64,000 bases of DNA from a virus, in IMG/VR virus record IMGVR_UViG_3300036861_000805, positions 1 through 64,000 of that record; one strand, 5' to 3'. This document shows, piece by piece, positions 43,830-54,897 of the stretch. The notes beneath the pieces were generated by a model. It saw only the letters and a list, made by a program, of their open reading frames with translations. It was not told the DNA's origin and ran no database searches. The translations under genes were made by a program, and so were the position numbers. Within the stretch, counting starts at the first letter, position 1. Every line of letters begins with the position of its first letter.

Positions 43830-44599
43830 CCGATGATCGTCCCGAAGGTGTAGCCGGCGGCGGAAATGTTCTCCATGACTACCTCGACAGGTACCTGACT
43901 CACGCGCGCCTTTCCAGTTGTCGGCGAGACAACCGCCTCCGTCGGTCCCTGCGACAGTCGCGCCCGCGTATTTGCGGTATAGACGGCAACCGTCCACATC
44001 ATGTTCTGGACCGCAACGGAGACCGCCCACGTACCGGGATCTTCCGTCCCGTCGTCGCTAGTCACCTGTTTCGATGCGCCGAGCACGCCGATGATCGCAC
44101 CTGAAGCGGTGCCGACGAACAAGGTCGCATTGGAGTAGCCGCTTGGCCCCGATGTCAGGGTGGCTGAACGATCGAAGCCTCCGACTGAGAGCCAAAGAAC
44201 GTCATAACCCGATCGAAGCGCATCGAGAGAGGGAGAATTTGGGTTGGCATTGGCGCTGTTCGATGCGGGCGTCCCGATTACAAGCGAGTCGCCCCCCGTG
44301 ATGCGGTAGCAGAGGGCGACGATGGGCCGCGACGTCCCGAGTGTGACGGTGATCGTCGCACCCTCGGTCCCATCGGCGATTCGCCAGGCGCAAGATTGCG
44401 TGTCGTCCGAGGCATCGAGACTTGTCTCGTCTAGCTCCGTCCATCCAGCCGGCCAGGAGATTGTGGTTCCGGCTGTGGCACGGACGACAGCAAAAAGAAT
44501 GTCGCCAGAGGAGATGCTCCCCGGAAGGTTGACCGCTTGACTCAGACTCCCAGTGGGCTGATCGGTCGTCGCTCGAGCGGCATCTACCGGAGCGGCCAT
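43826..44599 (-). CDS. minor tail protein
   Basis: S/T/G-rich beta protein. Confidence 0.65.
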   Translation of the reverse strand: MAAPVDAARATTDQPTGSLSQAVNLPGSISSGDILFAVVRATAGTTISWPAGWTELDETSLDASDDTQSCAWRIADGTEGATITVTLGTSRPIVALCYRITGGDSLVIGTPASNSANANPNSPSLDALRSGYDVLWLSVGGFDRSATLTSGPSGYSNATLFVGTASGAIIGVLGASKQVTSDDGTEDPGTWAVSVAVQNMMWTVAVYTANTRARLSQGPTEAVVSPTTGKARVSQVPVEVVMENISAAGYTFGTIIG

Positions 44600-44603
44600 C
44601 TAA

Positions 44604-45638
44604 CTAGACAGAAACCTTCGCACCGAATTCAGCGCTGTTCACGTCACTGATTGACCACGCCCCTCCACCCGGCTTCGTCTCACGAATATCCGGGTAGTAG
44701 GAATAGCCGACGCTAAGCGCCTTGTCCGAGCTGTCAACCTCCGTTCCCGCAAGCCTTGCGACACTGACGATCGAGCGTGTGCCCGCATCTGTCTTAGCGG
44801 CGTAGGGAAGCGGTTGCACACCGAATACCGTTCCGGCAGTCGGGGTCAGATTGGTCATGGCGTAGGTGTCCTTGTCGCCAACGTCAGGAGATTCGACGTA
44901 ATCCGTGTCGCTGTTCGGCGTAGCCTCGTCGACGAGCAGGTAATTGTCCGTCGAGTTGCCATCTGATCCATCGAACTGGCTGGAATTGCCGTTGCCGTTC
45001 GGGAAGAGAGCCTCGACGCGGACGTCTCCGAGAAAGCTGTTTGTCGGCGAGCCCCCGGTGCCGTCGCAGAGATAAAGATCGTCGAAAAACCAGGTACTCT
45101 GCGCTCCCCCAGAGGATGCTCCCGCCGCATAGAGCCGGAGACGGTCGGCACTTGCGTTTGCCGCGTTCCGCGTATCTCCGGAGAAGTTGATGTCGGTGAC
45201 TCCGTTCACCTTGACGATCGCCACACCGTTGACATCATCGATAATGACCTTCATTTCTATGTAGTACCAAGTGTTCAGGGAGAGCGGAATCGTGCCGGTC
45301 GCGAGCACAGTTCCGTTCCGCGTTGCTTGGAGGAAGGTTCCGTTGAAGCGGAGATCGACGTGGAGTGTGCCGCCGTCGAAGAAGCCGAACAGTCCGCCAG
45401 GGTTGGTGCCCGGCGAGCCGAAGTCGGAAGACGTAAGCGCCGCGCCGACGATCCAGGTCGCTTGCGCGTTGAGGACTTTGATGAGACTCCCGTTGCTCTG
45501 TAGCTGCAGTCGGCTACCGCCAAGTCGTCCCGCTCCGACTACTGCCGGGGCTCCGCCGGAGGTACCCGCAGAAGTCCATTTCTGTGCGAGTTGAGCGGTC
45601 GCATAATGATCCCACCCGTCGATAAAACGAAGCGCCAT
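44604..45638 (-). CDS. minor tail protein (lectin-like)
   Basis: WYYIEMK...FDDLY...FLGDVRV. Confidence 0.7.
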   Translation of the reverse strand: MALRFIDGWDHYATAQLAQKWTSAGTSGGAPAVVGAGRLGGSRLQLQSNGSLIKVLNAQATWIVGAALTSSDFGSPGTNPGGLFGFFDGGTLHVDLRFNGTFLQATRNGTVLATGTIPLSLNTWYYIEMKVIIDDVNGVAIVKVNGVTDINFSGDTRNAANASADRLRLYAAGASSGGAQSTWFFDDLYLCDGTGGSPTNSFLGDVRVEALFPNGNGNSSQFDGSDGNSTDNYLLVDEATPNSDTDYVESPDVGDKDTYAMTNLTPTAGTVFGVQPLPYAAKTDAGTRSIVSVARLAGTEVDSSDKALSVGYSYYPDIRETKPGGGAWSISDVNSAEFGAKVSV

Positions 45639-45641
45639 TTA

Positions 45642-47261
45642 TCAGCTCCTTTGCACCGTAAGCGAAACCGTAACGCGGGTAATGGTCGTCACCGAATCGA
45701 CATTGAAGCCGAGAATGTCGCCGGCGGTGATGCTCGTAGTCCAGCCGGAGAGAGTCGTGTCCTGTGATTTCGTCGCCGAGGAGATGGTGGGTGGCGTCGC
45801 TGAGGTAATCGAGTCCGGGTCCGTTGGAGGATAGTTAGCGTAAGTGTCTTTCCAGATATCGATGACGATGCTCCCACTCTGGTCAGCGAACAGCCGCGCA
45901 GCGGTAATCGTGCAGTTGAAGGGCACTTCCAGATATCCCTTCTGGCCCGTCGTAATCACTACCCCGCCGCCGTCGATGACGAACTCGATGGCCAGAACCG
46001 TTCCGCCAGGGCCTGTCGCGCCAGTAGCTCCGTTCGCTCCAGTCGCTCCCTGTGCCCCGGTCGCTCCAGCGCTTCCGGCCGTACCGGTGGCGCCGGTAGC
46101 TCCCGGCACTCCGGGAGCGAAGGCGACGACGGTGTCGCCGAGCGCAGTCGAGAGCGCGATACCCGAATCGTCGATGTAGGTGACGTGGATGCGGCGGTAG
46201 CCGGAGACAGTGTCGATGGCGTCGATGCGGTAGACGACCCAGCGCGTCGGGTCCGTCTCGCTGAGGATCTTCAGATAGCCCGGGACGGTCGCAAAGAGGT
46301 CGAGCCACGCGGTAACGTCGCTGCCCCACGTGTCGAGCAGGTCTATATACAGCTCCGTGACTGCGGAATAGGTCGCGCTGTTGAAGCGCAGGTTCCCGGA
46401 ACCGGGATCCGCGTCAGTCGTGGAGGAGTCGTCGAAGTTGAACTCGAAGGCGTCTGAACCAAGCGCGCCCTGCGCGCCGGTCGCTCCGGTGGCCCCGCCT
46501 GGCGAGCCAGTCGCCCCTGTCGCGCCAGAATCGCCGTCCGAGCCGTCAATGCCCGCCAAGCCAGTCGCTCCAGTTGCCCCGTCAGGAGGGCCTGCTGGCC
46601 CCGTAGCACCCGTGGCACCCGCTCCGGTCGCTCCGGTTGCGCCTGTGGCTCCCGTGGCTCCTGCGACGCCCGTAGGCCCCGTAGCACCGCCTGGCGAGCC
46701 CGCCGCTCCGGTAGCACCTGTCGCTCCGATGCCGGTCGCGCCAGTGAAACCGCGCACGCCAGTTGCGCCGGTAGCGCCACTTGCACCCGTGTAGCCGCGA
46801 GGCCCGGCGCTTCCCGCCGGGCCTGCCGGGCCCGTTGCACCCGCACTGCCCGAGGCGGGCCAGTAGATGCGCACCTCCCCGTCGTCGTAGTCGATCGTGA
46901 CCCGGCCAACCTGGAACTCAGACGTTGCCGGATCCCAGACGTCAACGAGGAAGGAGACGTTGTGTGGAGGTCGGAAGGTGGGTTCGACTCCCACGACGTC
47001 GGGCAGGATGCAAGCAACTGTTCCCGAGACTCCGGGGATAAGTGTGCCCTTGAACTCGAGCGAGTTGTCCGCATGCAGCCGGTACTGAAAATCTCCGAGG
47101 GAGAGCTCGGGATGCGTGTCGGAGGGCTGCGTCCACGTTCCGAGCAGCGTGGGCGTATTCCAGCGACCGGCGAGCGGCCGGCGCTCCTGTCTCGTTACTC
47201 GCTGATCGACGTATCGCTGACGGCGTTCCGGGTCGTTCTCGTCGTAGACCGGGCGACTCAT
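45642..47261 (-). CDS. collagen-like tail fibre
   Basis: GAT/GPx triplet tracts. Confidence 0.8.
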   Translation of the reverse strand: MSRPVYDENDPERRQRYVDQRVTRQERRPLAGRWNTPTLLGTWTQPSDTHPELSLGDFQYRLHADNSLEFKGTLIPGVSGTVACILPDVVGVEPTFRPPHNVSFLVDVWDPATSEFQVGRVTIDYDDGEVRIYWPASGSAGATGPAGPAGSAGPRGYTGASGATGATGVRGFTGATGIGATGATGAAGSPGGATGPTGVAGATGATGATGATGAGATGATGPAGPPDGATGATGLAGIDGSDGDSGATGATGSPGGATGATGAQGALGSDAFEFNFDDSSTTDADPGSGNLRFNSATYSAVTELYIDLLDTWGSDVTAWLDLFATVPGYLKILSETDPTRWVVYRIDAIDTVSGYRRIHVTYIDDSGIALSTALGDTVVAFAPGVPGATGATGTAGSAGATGAQGATGANGATGATGPGGTVLAIEFVIDGGGVVITTGQKGYLEVPFNCTITAARLFADQSGSIVIDIWKDTYANYPPTDPDSITSATPPTISSATKSQDTTLSGWTTSITAGDILGFNVDSVTTITRVTVSLTVQRS

Positions 47262-48569
47262 CTAAATTGAATCCTGGTCGGGGGACGTCTCGAACTCACC
47301 AAGCGTCTCGACATCGTCGTCGTCGACGTCCACCGTGTATCCGTAGATGCGCATGCCGCCGGACTCTGTCATGCGGCTCTTCTGACCCATGTTTACGGTC
47401 ACGAGATCGCCGACGTCGAAGTCTCCGGGAAGGAAGATGTCCATGCCCGCGGGCACCGTCGTGAACTGGCTCTTGCGCACGGGCGTGATGTAGAGCATCT
47501 CGCGCGGCTTCGCCCGCAACAGGCTCTCCACCTGCCACTGGCGTACGAACAGAGGATAGGCCGAATCCTCGGAGCCGAAGTTGTCGTAGACGTTGATCAG
47601 CATGAAGACGCCGATTTCGCTGCGGGAGGTCCAGATGAGGTTTCCAAGCGGACCGACGACGGGATACACGCGACCACCGGGAGGGTTGAAGGCGGCAGTG
47701 ATGAGGTCTGGATGATCTGCCGTCACGTTTGCTCGCCAGTGCTGCTGATCCATGCGCTGGCCGAGGAAGTACCAGAGCTTGGTCGCGATCGAGCTCATGT
47801 CCTCGGAGCGACGGAAGCGCGAGATGTTGTCCGCATCCGCCTCGATGCCGTAGTCGAAGTGCACGCTCGAGGTGCGATCGGTGCCGAAATCGCCGTTGTA
47901 GCAGTGCACGATTCCCATGTTCTGAAAGCCTTCGGCTCCGATTCCTCCCACGACCGGCTCGATGTAGATGTCGAGCTCTCCGCTGTTGGTCAGAAGGGTC
48001 GCCACCTCAGCGATCGACATGGGAAAGTCTGTGGGCGCACCCCGGAGATCCGCCCCTCCTGTCGCGTAGGTCGAGGCTGCGAGATCTAGGAAGAGTTGCC
48101 CCTCCGCATCGTCGGGGATCTCCGCGGGGTTTTCCGAGGCGAGGAGGATCTCCTCCATGATCTGCGGCCCTGTCTGGTTGCGGACGATGAACTGCGGGTC
48201 CGAGAAGTCCCCGACCGTGTGCCCGGGAGAAGCGACGCCGTCACGCGCCGGGCGGTAGGGCCAGACCCTCATCGGATCGTAGGACGTGACGCGTGTATAG
48301 GCGATGTCCTCATCCCCTTCGTCCTCCACGATCCAGCAGAGGCCGTGGTGGAAGAGCCCCATGGAATCGAGGTTGAACTCGATCTGGCGATAGCCCGCAC
48401 AGATCAGCGGGCGGCCGTCATCCTGAGTCTCGCCTGCGATCGAGGAAGGAATGCGGAAGGTGCAGGAGCTGGGTCGACTCAGCCGGCGCCTGCCCTGTTT
48501 GTCGAAAGCGTAGGTGTAGATGTCTCCCAGCGAGGTGCCATCTCGCTTCCTAACGACGAGCGAGCCCAT
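47262..48569 (-). CDS. baseplate hub/minor tail protein
   Basis: follows Dit; DFDVGDLVTV; ATG 48569. Confidence 0.7.
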   Translation of the reverse strand: MGSLVVRKRDGTSLGDIYTYAFDKQGRRRLSRPSSCTFRIPSSIAGETQDDGRPLICAGYRQIEFNLDSMGLFHHGLCWIVEDEGDEDIAYTRVTSYDPMRVWPYRPARDGVASPGHTVGDFSDPQFIVRNQTGPQIMEEILLASENPAEIPDDAEGQLFLDLAASTYATGGADLRGAPTDFPMSIAEVATLLTNSGELDIYIEPVVGGIGAEGFQNMGIVHCYNGDFGTDRTSSVHFDYGIEADADNISRFRRSEDMSSIATKLWYFLGQRMDQQHWRANVTADHPDLITAAFNPPGGRVYPVVGPLGNLIWTSRSEIGVFMLINVYDNFGSEDSAYPLFVRQWQVESLLRAKPREMLYITPVRKSQFTTVPAGMDIFLPGDFDVGDLVTVNMGQKSRMTESGGMRIYGYTVDVDDDDVETLGEFETSPDQDSI

Positions 48570-49081
48570 TAGACGGGGAAGCTGCCCGAAGGTGGATAGG
48601 TGACGTAATCCGGATCGGCCGCAATCAGCCCGAAGTTGAAGAGTCGCCACTGGATCCCGGTGAAGCCGACGGGGGGATCGTGGGCGCGCACGATGAGCTG
48701 GTGCTCGCTGAGACCTCGCGGCGTCCAGGTGAGGGTCCCGTCCGCGCGCTCGATGGACTTGAGCGCCGCCTTCAGATACTGCTCCATGAGATTGCGCGCG
48801 ATTCCCGTGGCGTTCGAGTTCGAGTTGCGCGTCGATCGGATGATGATGACGCCGGGGATCGTCAGTACACGAGGGCCCTCAAGGCGACCGTGCACAAGGC
48901 CTCCGTCTGTATTCGGACGGTTGTCCGTCGGGATCCGCAAGGGGGCGCCATCGAGCCCGTCGATCTCATCCCCGATATAGAACTCGTCCTCGCCGTAGGA
49001 GTTGAAGCGATCGAGACCCGTGTGGTTGAAGGTGATCGTTCCCCAAGGGGTGTCGAGCACATACGGAACGGTGACGTCCAT
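48569..49081 (-). CDS. distal tail protein
   Basis: follows tape measure; GLDGAP...LIAADP. Confidence 0.7.
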   Translation of the reverse strand: MDVTVPYVLDTPWGTITFNHTGLDRFNSYGEDEFYIGDEIDGLDGAPLRIPTDNRPNTDGGLVHGRLEGPRVLTIPGVIIIRSTRNSNSNATGIARNLMEQYLKAALKSIERADGTLTWTPRGLSEHQLIVRAHDPPVGFTGIQWRLFNFGLIAADPDYVTYPPSGSFPV

Positions 49082-49084
49082 CTC

Positions 49085-52000
49085 TTACTCCGTGTCCATG
49101 AAGGCGCTCGAAGCTCGCTCGGAGCGACGCGCCTCCGGATGACCCGCACGACGGTTCAAAAGCATGAGCTGGTGCACCATCTGCACCATCAGGGTGATCA
49201 TGCGGGAGGCCTGCGCATGCGAGGAGCCGCGCTCCTGGACTGCAGCTCTCGCAGCCTGATCTTGCAGTGCATTCGTAGGAAGCTTGGCGGCCGCGCCCGC
49301 CATTCGCTCCTGAATGAAATGCTGCGCCGCGATGCCCGAGATCCCAGCCGCCGTGGCTGAGCTAGGTGAAGGAGCCGTCCCGCGCAGGCCGGTACTTGCT
49401 GAGGAGGTGCCGCCAACTGTTCCCGAAAGCGCCTGAGCGGGGAGCAGATTCCCGAGAAGCGTCGCGGCGAATCCCTGTTGTGTCGTCAGGAACTCAAAGG
49501 CCATGGCCCTGAACTCCTCCTTGACCTTCTTCTGCTCGTCCCGCAGGTCCTTCAGCTCCTTCTGCGCCTGACGCAGGGCGAGGATCCAGCGCTTGCGCTC
49601 GAGGCTTCCCGCCCGCGTGGCCTTGATCCGCCCGCGGTAGAAATCGATCTCGGCCTTCAGGGCGCGAGCCAGCGCAGCCTTATTGCCGGTGGTCTCCGCG
49701 ATCTGAACGTCGAGCTCGAGTGATTCCTGCTCACGTTCGAGGGCGGCCCTGCGCTTCTCGCGTGCAGCCTCGTTCTGCTGGCGGATGAGATCCGCGCGTC
49801 GCGCCCTCTCGTCGTTTAGCTGGCGAGTGAGATCGAGGATGACCTCATTGGCAGTCTTCGCATCCCGAATCCGCTTCTTTGCCTCCCGAATCTCAGACTG
49901 ATAGAGCTTGATCAGCGCGTTCGAGAGGTCGAGGTCGTCGGAGAGCTTCTTCGAGGCTTCGATCTTTGCCTTGTTGAGAGTGAGCCTCGTTTCGGCGCGT
50001 GCGAAGGAGTCGATGACGGCCTGGTCGTGCTTGTTGTTGGCCTGGATGATCTTGTTCTTCGCCGTCTCCGCGTCGCGCGCAGCCCGCTCTCTCGCCTGTG
50101 CACGATCATCCAGGATCCCGGTGATTTCGTCGTCCGTCTTCTTGAGCGCATCCGCAGCATTCCGGATCTTGTTCCCTTGCTCTCTGCTGATCCTCCCCGC
50201 CTCCGTTGCGGCTCTCACATCTTCAGCGGTCGCGCTCGGAGGAAGCCCGGCGCCTACAAGAAGTGCAGCAAGTCTCCTCTGCTGTCTTTCGCGTCTTGTT
50301 CTAAGGAGCGCGAGACGTCCGGCTTCATCTCCCCTGGCCTCTGCGATCGCAAGTGCCGTATCGAGCCCGGTTGTAAGTGCTGCTCCGATATCTTCGCCAG
50401 CGGTCTCGGCAGTTGGCTTCGTCGCGTTGGCGAGGTTCGTCAGTAACTCGTTGGTGGTGTCAACGAGATCAGGAAAGGCCGCCCTAAAGGAATCATCGAT
50501 TCCCTTGACGACTCCCTTACCGATGTCCTCGCCTGCCTTCGGTGCTGTGAGCGCGGCGGCGCGCAGCGCGCTCACCATGTCGAGGAGCTTTTCCCGGAGA
50601 GAAGCTGCACTTGGATTGCTGCGATCGAGACCCGCTGCGAGTTTCTGGATCGCGTCCGCCGATCTCTCGAAGGATTCTGCAGTACCTCGTTCTGCCGGAA
50701 GGGCTCTGACGATCTTCTCCACCCCAAGCACGGCATCCTCGAGATTCCCGTCAAGATCTCGCACGGAAGCGCCCATTCGACCGAGGCCTGCTACTCCGAG
50801 GTCGGAGAGACTGATAAATCTCTTTTTCAGCTCTTCGGTCTGCTGTTCGAGACCCTCGAACAACTGCTGCCGGGGGATCTCCAAAGCGACCGGGATCCTG
50901 ATGTCGGGAACGCTGGCTCCGGCCTGTAGTTGCTCGATGACCCCCTGGATATCTCGCGCCAACTGCTGCGCTGCGGGGCTTCCCTTTTCGAGCTCCGTGA
51001 CGATCTTCTGCAGTCCGACTACGGTCTCGTTGAGCCCGACTATCGGTGCACCCTGACCAAAGGGAACATTCTGAGCCTTCTGCAATTCGAGAATGAGGAG
51101 AGCAACTTCCTGACGAGCACTTTCGGCGCTCACTTCCACAGGCTCGAAAAGATCGCGAAGACCAGCGATGGCGAGTCTCGGGATAAGGCCGCCAGAAGCG
51201 GCTGTCTTGAGACTTTCTCGTATGCCTGTCCCGATTCCTTCGCCTAGGAACCCGAGGCCAAGATCGTCGAGGGTTCGGTTGAGATCGCCGAGCACCCCGA
51301 TCCCCTCGTTGGCCGTCGAGATCAGCTCGCTGAGGCCTTCGATGAATCCACCGAGCGGGCCCAAGGTGACGTTTCCGAGATTGACCCCGAGTGTCGCGAG
51401 GCTGTTCTTCAGGGCTTCGAGCTTGCCGTTGAAGCCGGCGGTCTGCGCCCCAGCCAATTCCTGCGCGGCGCCGGCGCGGTTGACTGCCTCGATTTCTTCC
51501 TGCAACTCCTGGGCTGTGACTCGACCGAGAATCCCCTGCGCGACGATCGAACGGGTTGTGAAGATCGTCCCCAGTGCACGGCGCCTCTCGGCTGCACCGA
51601 GACGGTCCGTGGCCTCCTGGATTTGACGGAAGATATTGATGTTCAGGCGCCCAGCGGAGTCAAGAACACGAACCGATGCGCCGCTCTCGAGGCGCAGTTT
51701 TTCGAGTACCGCTCGTGCCTTGTCCGCGGGATTGAGGAGACGCAGCATTGCATTGCGCAGCGTCGTACCAGCTTCGCCACCCTGGCGACCTGCACGAGCC
51801 ATTTCTGTGATGAAGGCCACGAGTTCGTCGATCCCGACCCCGGCGATGCGGGCGACGGCCGCAGAGTTCTCAAGTGCCTCGCCCATTTCGGTGATGCCGC
51901 CCTGCGCTTCTTTGGAAGCATTCGCGAGCAGATCGGCGACATGAATCGCCTCGGTCCCGGATTTTCCGAACGCGTTGAGGGCGGAAGCGACAAGATTTGC

Positions 52001-53455
52001 TGCCTGGGCCTGGTCGATCTCTCCAGCCGTCGCGAGCTGAAGTGTGCCTCTCGCCGCCGCAATAGAGTTTTCGACAGAGAGGCCCGCTTTGGAGAGCTCC
52101 GTCATGGCAGTTGCCGCGTCTCCTGCGTTGACGGCCGGGAGCGTGATGTCTGCACCAAGGGCGACTGCTTGCGCGCGCACACGCTCCATCTCGTCGGCGG
52201 TCGCTTCAGCAGTGACGCGGAACACGTTCAGCTGCTGCTCGAGGTTCGCAGCCGAGCCGACAGCCTTCACGAAGCCGATCGCCGCAGCCGTACCCACGAG
52301 GAAGGGACCACTCGCCGCCAGAACTGCTCCTCGCAGGCCAAGCGTGCCAAGCGAGGCGGCAAGGGCTCCCTTGGCGAGCTGGCGATCTTGGCGGATCCGC
52401 TCATTCAGTGGGCCGAGACCTCTGAGGCGCTCAACAGTCAGGGCCCGCTCGGCCTGCACTTGCTGAAGAAGCGCGGCGTTAGTAGCTTCGAGTTCTGCGG
52501 CTTCCTGCGCCATGACGGTGTTGCCGAGACGTTCAGCCGCGATACGAATCTCCTTCGCCTCGGCGACGGCGGCCTCCAAGGCTCGCTCTGCCTGCAGCTG
52601 CGCGTTGTTCACGGCACGTACTTCCGCGACTTTACGAAGCGACGCCGTTTCGACTCCCGTCGCCGCAGCGGCTGTGCTCGTCGCATCGGCACTTGCGATC
52701 TTCAGTGCGGCATGTCGTGCCTCCGTACGATCTGCAAGCTGCGTCGTTTCGATGCGTTCGAGCTGAGCGGCAAGAGCCTGTCTATCTGTCGCTAGACCCT
52801 CTTGGATCGTGGCCTGACGACGAGCTTCGGCTTCATTCCCGGCATCGAGCGCAGCTTTCCGACGTACCTCGGCGCTGAGTTCCGCGGCGCTCGCCTGGGC
52901 AAGTCCGGCCGCGGATGTCTTCCTGGCGCTTTCGAGCGCGACGGCTCGTTCGTCGGCCGTGGTAACTGATCCCAGAGCGGTTGCATATGCGCGCTCGGAG
53001 GCAATGAGGGCGGCCTGTGTTCCTTGCCGTGCCCTCTGAACATCGCGCAGGATTCGTTCCTCTTCGCTCAGCTTTGCCGCAGCAGCGGCAGCAGCTGGCC
53101 CGGCAGCTCCCGCCGCCGCGGCAGCTGCGCTGACACCCGCAGCCTGCCTTGCCGCAGCAGCCTGCGTGACACCGACGGGAGTGACCTTGACGGGAATCTC
53201 GAGTCCGGCCAGCTGCTCGCGCAACTTGGTGCGGAAACCAGTAACGTCCGGACGAACGGGGACGTCGAAGGCAGCCCGTCCGATCTCCCGCTTCAGCTGC
53301 CGCCGAAAGGCTTGCAGCTCGAGCTTGACGGGGATCTTGAAAACGCCCGCCCGCTTGATCGCACTGTTGACATCAGCCTTTAGCTGCTCGCGGAAGGTGC
53401 TCGCGTCCGGCTTGAGCTTGACCCTGGCGGTCGCGAAATATTCCGTGTTACCCAC
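49085..53455 (-). CDS. tape measure protein
   Basis: 1456 aa Ala-rich helical; AMTELSKAG, GGEAGTTLRNAM core. Confidence 0.92.
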   Translation of the reverse strand: MGNTEYFATARVKLKPDASTFREQLKADVNSAIKRAGVFKIPVKLELQAFRRQLKREIGRAAFDVPVRPDVTGFRTKLREQLAGLEIPVKVTPVGVTQAAAARQAAGVSAAAAAAGAAGPAAAAAAAKLSEEERILRDVQRARQGTQAALIASERAYATALGSVTTADERAVALESARKTSAAGLAQASAAELSAEVRRKAALDAGNEAEARRQATIQEGLATDRQALAAQLERIETTQLADRTEARHAALKIASADATSTAAAATGVETASLRKVAEVRAVNNAQLQAERALEAAVAEAKEIRIAAERLGNTVMAQEAAELEATNAALLQQVQAERALTVERLRGLGPLNERIRQDRQLAKGALAASLGTLGLRGAVLAASGPFLVGTAAAIGFVKAVGSAANLEQQLNVFRVTAEATADEMERVRAQAVALGADITLPAVNAGDAATAMTELSKAGLSVENSIAAARGTLQLATAGEIDQAQAANLVASALNAFGKSGTEAIHVADLLANASKEAQGGITEMGEALENSAAVARIAGVGIDELVAFITEMARAGRQGGEAGTTLRNAMLRLLNPADKARAVLEKLRLESGASVRVLDSAGRLNINIFRQIQEATDRLGAAERRRALGTIFTTRSIVAQGILGRVTAQELQEEIEAVNRAGAAQELAGAQTAGFNGKLEALKNSLATLGVNLGNVTLGPLGGFIEGLSELISTANEGIGVLGDLNRTLDDLGLGFLGEGIGTGIRESLKTAASGGLIPRLAIAGLRDLFEPVEVSAESARQEVALLILELQKAQNVPFGQGAPIVGLNETVVGLQKIVTELEKGSPAAQQLARDIQGVIEQLQAGASVPDIRIPVALEIPRQQLFEGLEQQTEELKKRFISLSDLGVAGLGRMGASVRDLDGNLEDAVLGVEKIVRALPAERGTAESFERSADAIQKLAAGLDRSNPSAASLREKLLDMVSALRAAALTAPKAGEDIGKGVVKGIDDSFRAAFPDLVDTTNELLTNLANATKPTAETAGEDIGAALTTGLDTALAIAEARGDEAGRLALLRTRRERQQRRLAALLVGAGLPPSATAEDVRAATEAGRISREQGNKIRNAADALKKTDDEITGILDDRAQARERAARDAETAKNKIIQANNKHDQAVIDSFARAETRLTLNKAKIEASKKLSDDLDLSNALIKLYQSEIREAKKRIRDAKTANEVILDLTRQLNDERARRADLIRQQNEAAREKRRAALEREQESLELDVQIAETTGNKAALARALKAEIDFYRGRIKATRAGSLERKRWILALRQAQKELKDLRDEQKKVKEEFRAMAFEFLTTQQGFAATLLGNLLPAQALSGTVGGTSSASTGLRGTAPSPSSATAAGISGIAAQHFIQERMAGAAAKLPTNALQDQAARAAVQERGSSHAQASRMITLMVQMVHQLMLLNRRAGHPEARRSERASSAFMDTE

Positions 53456-53893
53456 GCTCGAAGCTCCTCAGGCCTCCGCCACTCATGCCAGACATGCGAG
53501 CTTCGAGCCAAGAGAGCGCGCGATTGTTCATGGCGACGATGTCTTCCTCGGACATCTCCTCGGCCGGTCTCTGGCCCTCGTTCTGTCTGCGAGGGCGAGC
53601 CGCGACAGAACGCTCTCCCTCAAGATCAGGAGGTGGCTCAGAGCTTGGATCGTAGCCTTCGGCCCAGAAGCGGGCCGCGTGAATCGCATCCTCGAGCGAG
53701 AGTCCAGAGATGTTGATGCCGCCAACCTGCCGGGAACGCTGAAGTTCCTTGACGAGCGCTGCGTATGCCAGATTGAGCCACTCGCGGAGGGAAAGGGCAT
53801 TCGGATCCCCCCCTGCGAGCGTTACGCTACCTGCGAGATAGGTGCGGATTCCCCAGGCCCAGCTTCCGAGGGCTCTGGCGTACGCGTAGGGCG
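53448..53893 (-). CDS. tail assembly chaperone, -1 frame extension
   Basis: open -1 frame (...GGDPNALSLREWLNLAYAALV...) with no early start codon. Confidence 0.6.
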
Positions 53894-54310
53894 CTCGGGG
53901 ATCTGGACCTCCTGCAGCCAGACGAGAAGCAACTGCAGCTGCTCAATCGAGATGTGTTTGTCCTTGTCCTCGATGATTTCGGTGAAGCGTGCGCTGTCCG
54001 AGGATTCGATGAGCATCTTGACTCGCTTGACGACGTATTCGAAGCTCTCGATGACCGTCCCACGATCCTCGAGCACGACCGTTTCCGGATCTTCGCCCTT
54101 CGCGGCTGCAGCAGCCTTGAGCTTCGCAAGCTCGGCGTCTCGCTTGCGCTGCTCCTCTTCTTGCTCCGACTGCTGCTTGTCGAGAAATTCGCCCCAAACC
54201 CGCCAGTGCATCTGCACCCAGTGAAAGCGCTGCCCACCCAGAATAAAGTCCCGCGGCGCCGTGAAGACTTCGTCGAAGTTCGGCGCCTCAGCGGTCTCAA
54301 CCTGTGACAC
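53822..54310 (-). CDS. tail assembly chaperone
   Basis: GTG 54310 with GGAGG RBS; precedes tape measure; RPT near C-terminus. Confidence 0.75.
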   Translation of the reverse strand: MSQVETAEAPNFDEVFTAPRDFILGGQRFHWVQMHWRVWGEFLDKQQSEQEEEQRKRDAELAKLKAAAAAKGEDPETVVLEDRGTVIESFEYVVKRVKMLIESSDSARFTEIIEDKDKHISIEQLQLLLVWLQEVQIPERPTRTPEPSEAGPGESAPISQVA

Positions 54311-54324
54311 TCTTACCCTCCTCG

Positions 54325-54897
54325 TTAGGAGCCGATGAGCAGCTCTTCGTAGCCTTCGAGCCCGACTCGAATCACCGCTGTCCAGCCAGCGCACCCGCCG
54401 GCGGGAATCATGGGGATGAGCCCGTCGAAGAACACTTCGTCACACAGGCTAACGAGGTGTTCGGCGCGCACAAGGTTGTGCAGATGGTTCCAGAGTGCCC
54501 ACGCGTCCGCGTAATGTTGTCGGGCGGAGGTCGTCAATGCATCGGCGCTTGGGGGGACGAAGACCGCCGTGGCGCTGCTTGTGCCAGTCGGAATGCACCG
54601 AAAGATGTGAGCGACCATCGTCACGGAGTTTTTCCAGGCCTCACGCACAGCACGTCGCCCGGCGTCGAGACCGCCCGGTGTCGTGTCGAGTTCTCCGATC
54701 GGATCTACTCGGACGACAAGCTGAGTGCAGCAGTCCCGGCCAACGAAATCCGCGACCGGCATCCCCGGCGAAAGGAACTGCCGCTCCGGCGCTCCCTCGA
54801 GTTCGGGGATGAAGTCCGGAATGGTGTCGAGGGCTTCCGCACAGTCGTCGAGGTACGCCTGCGCGATCAGGTAGAGATCGTCAGGGCCCGTCGACAT
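54325..54897 (-). CDS. tail terminator-like protein
   Basis: DCCTQL...RC...GGCAGW; position. Confidence 0.6.
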   Translation of the reverse strand: MSTGPDDLYLIAQAYLDDCAEALDTIPDFIPELEGAPERQFLSPGMPVADFVGRDCCTQLVVRVDPIGELDTTPGGLDAGRRAVREAWKNSVTMVAHIFRCIPTGTSSATAVFVPPSADALTTSARQHYADAWALWNHLHNLVRAEHLVSLCDEVFFDGLIPMIPAGGCAGWTAVIRVGLEGYEELLIGS

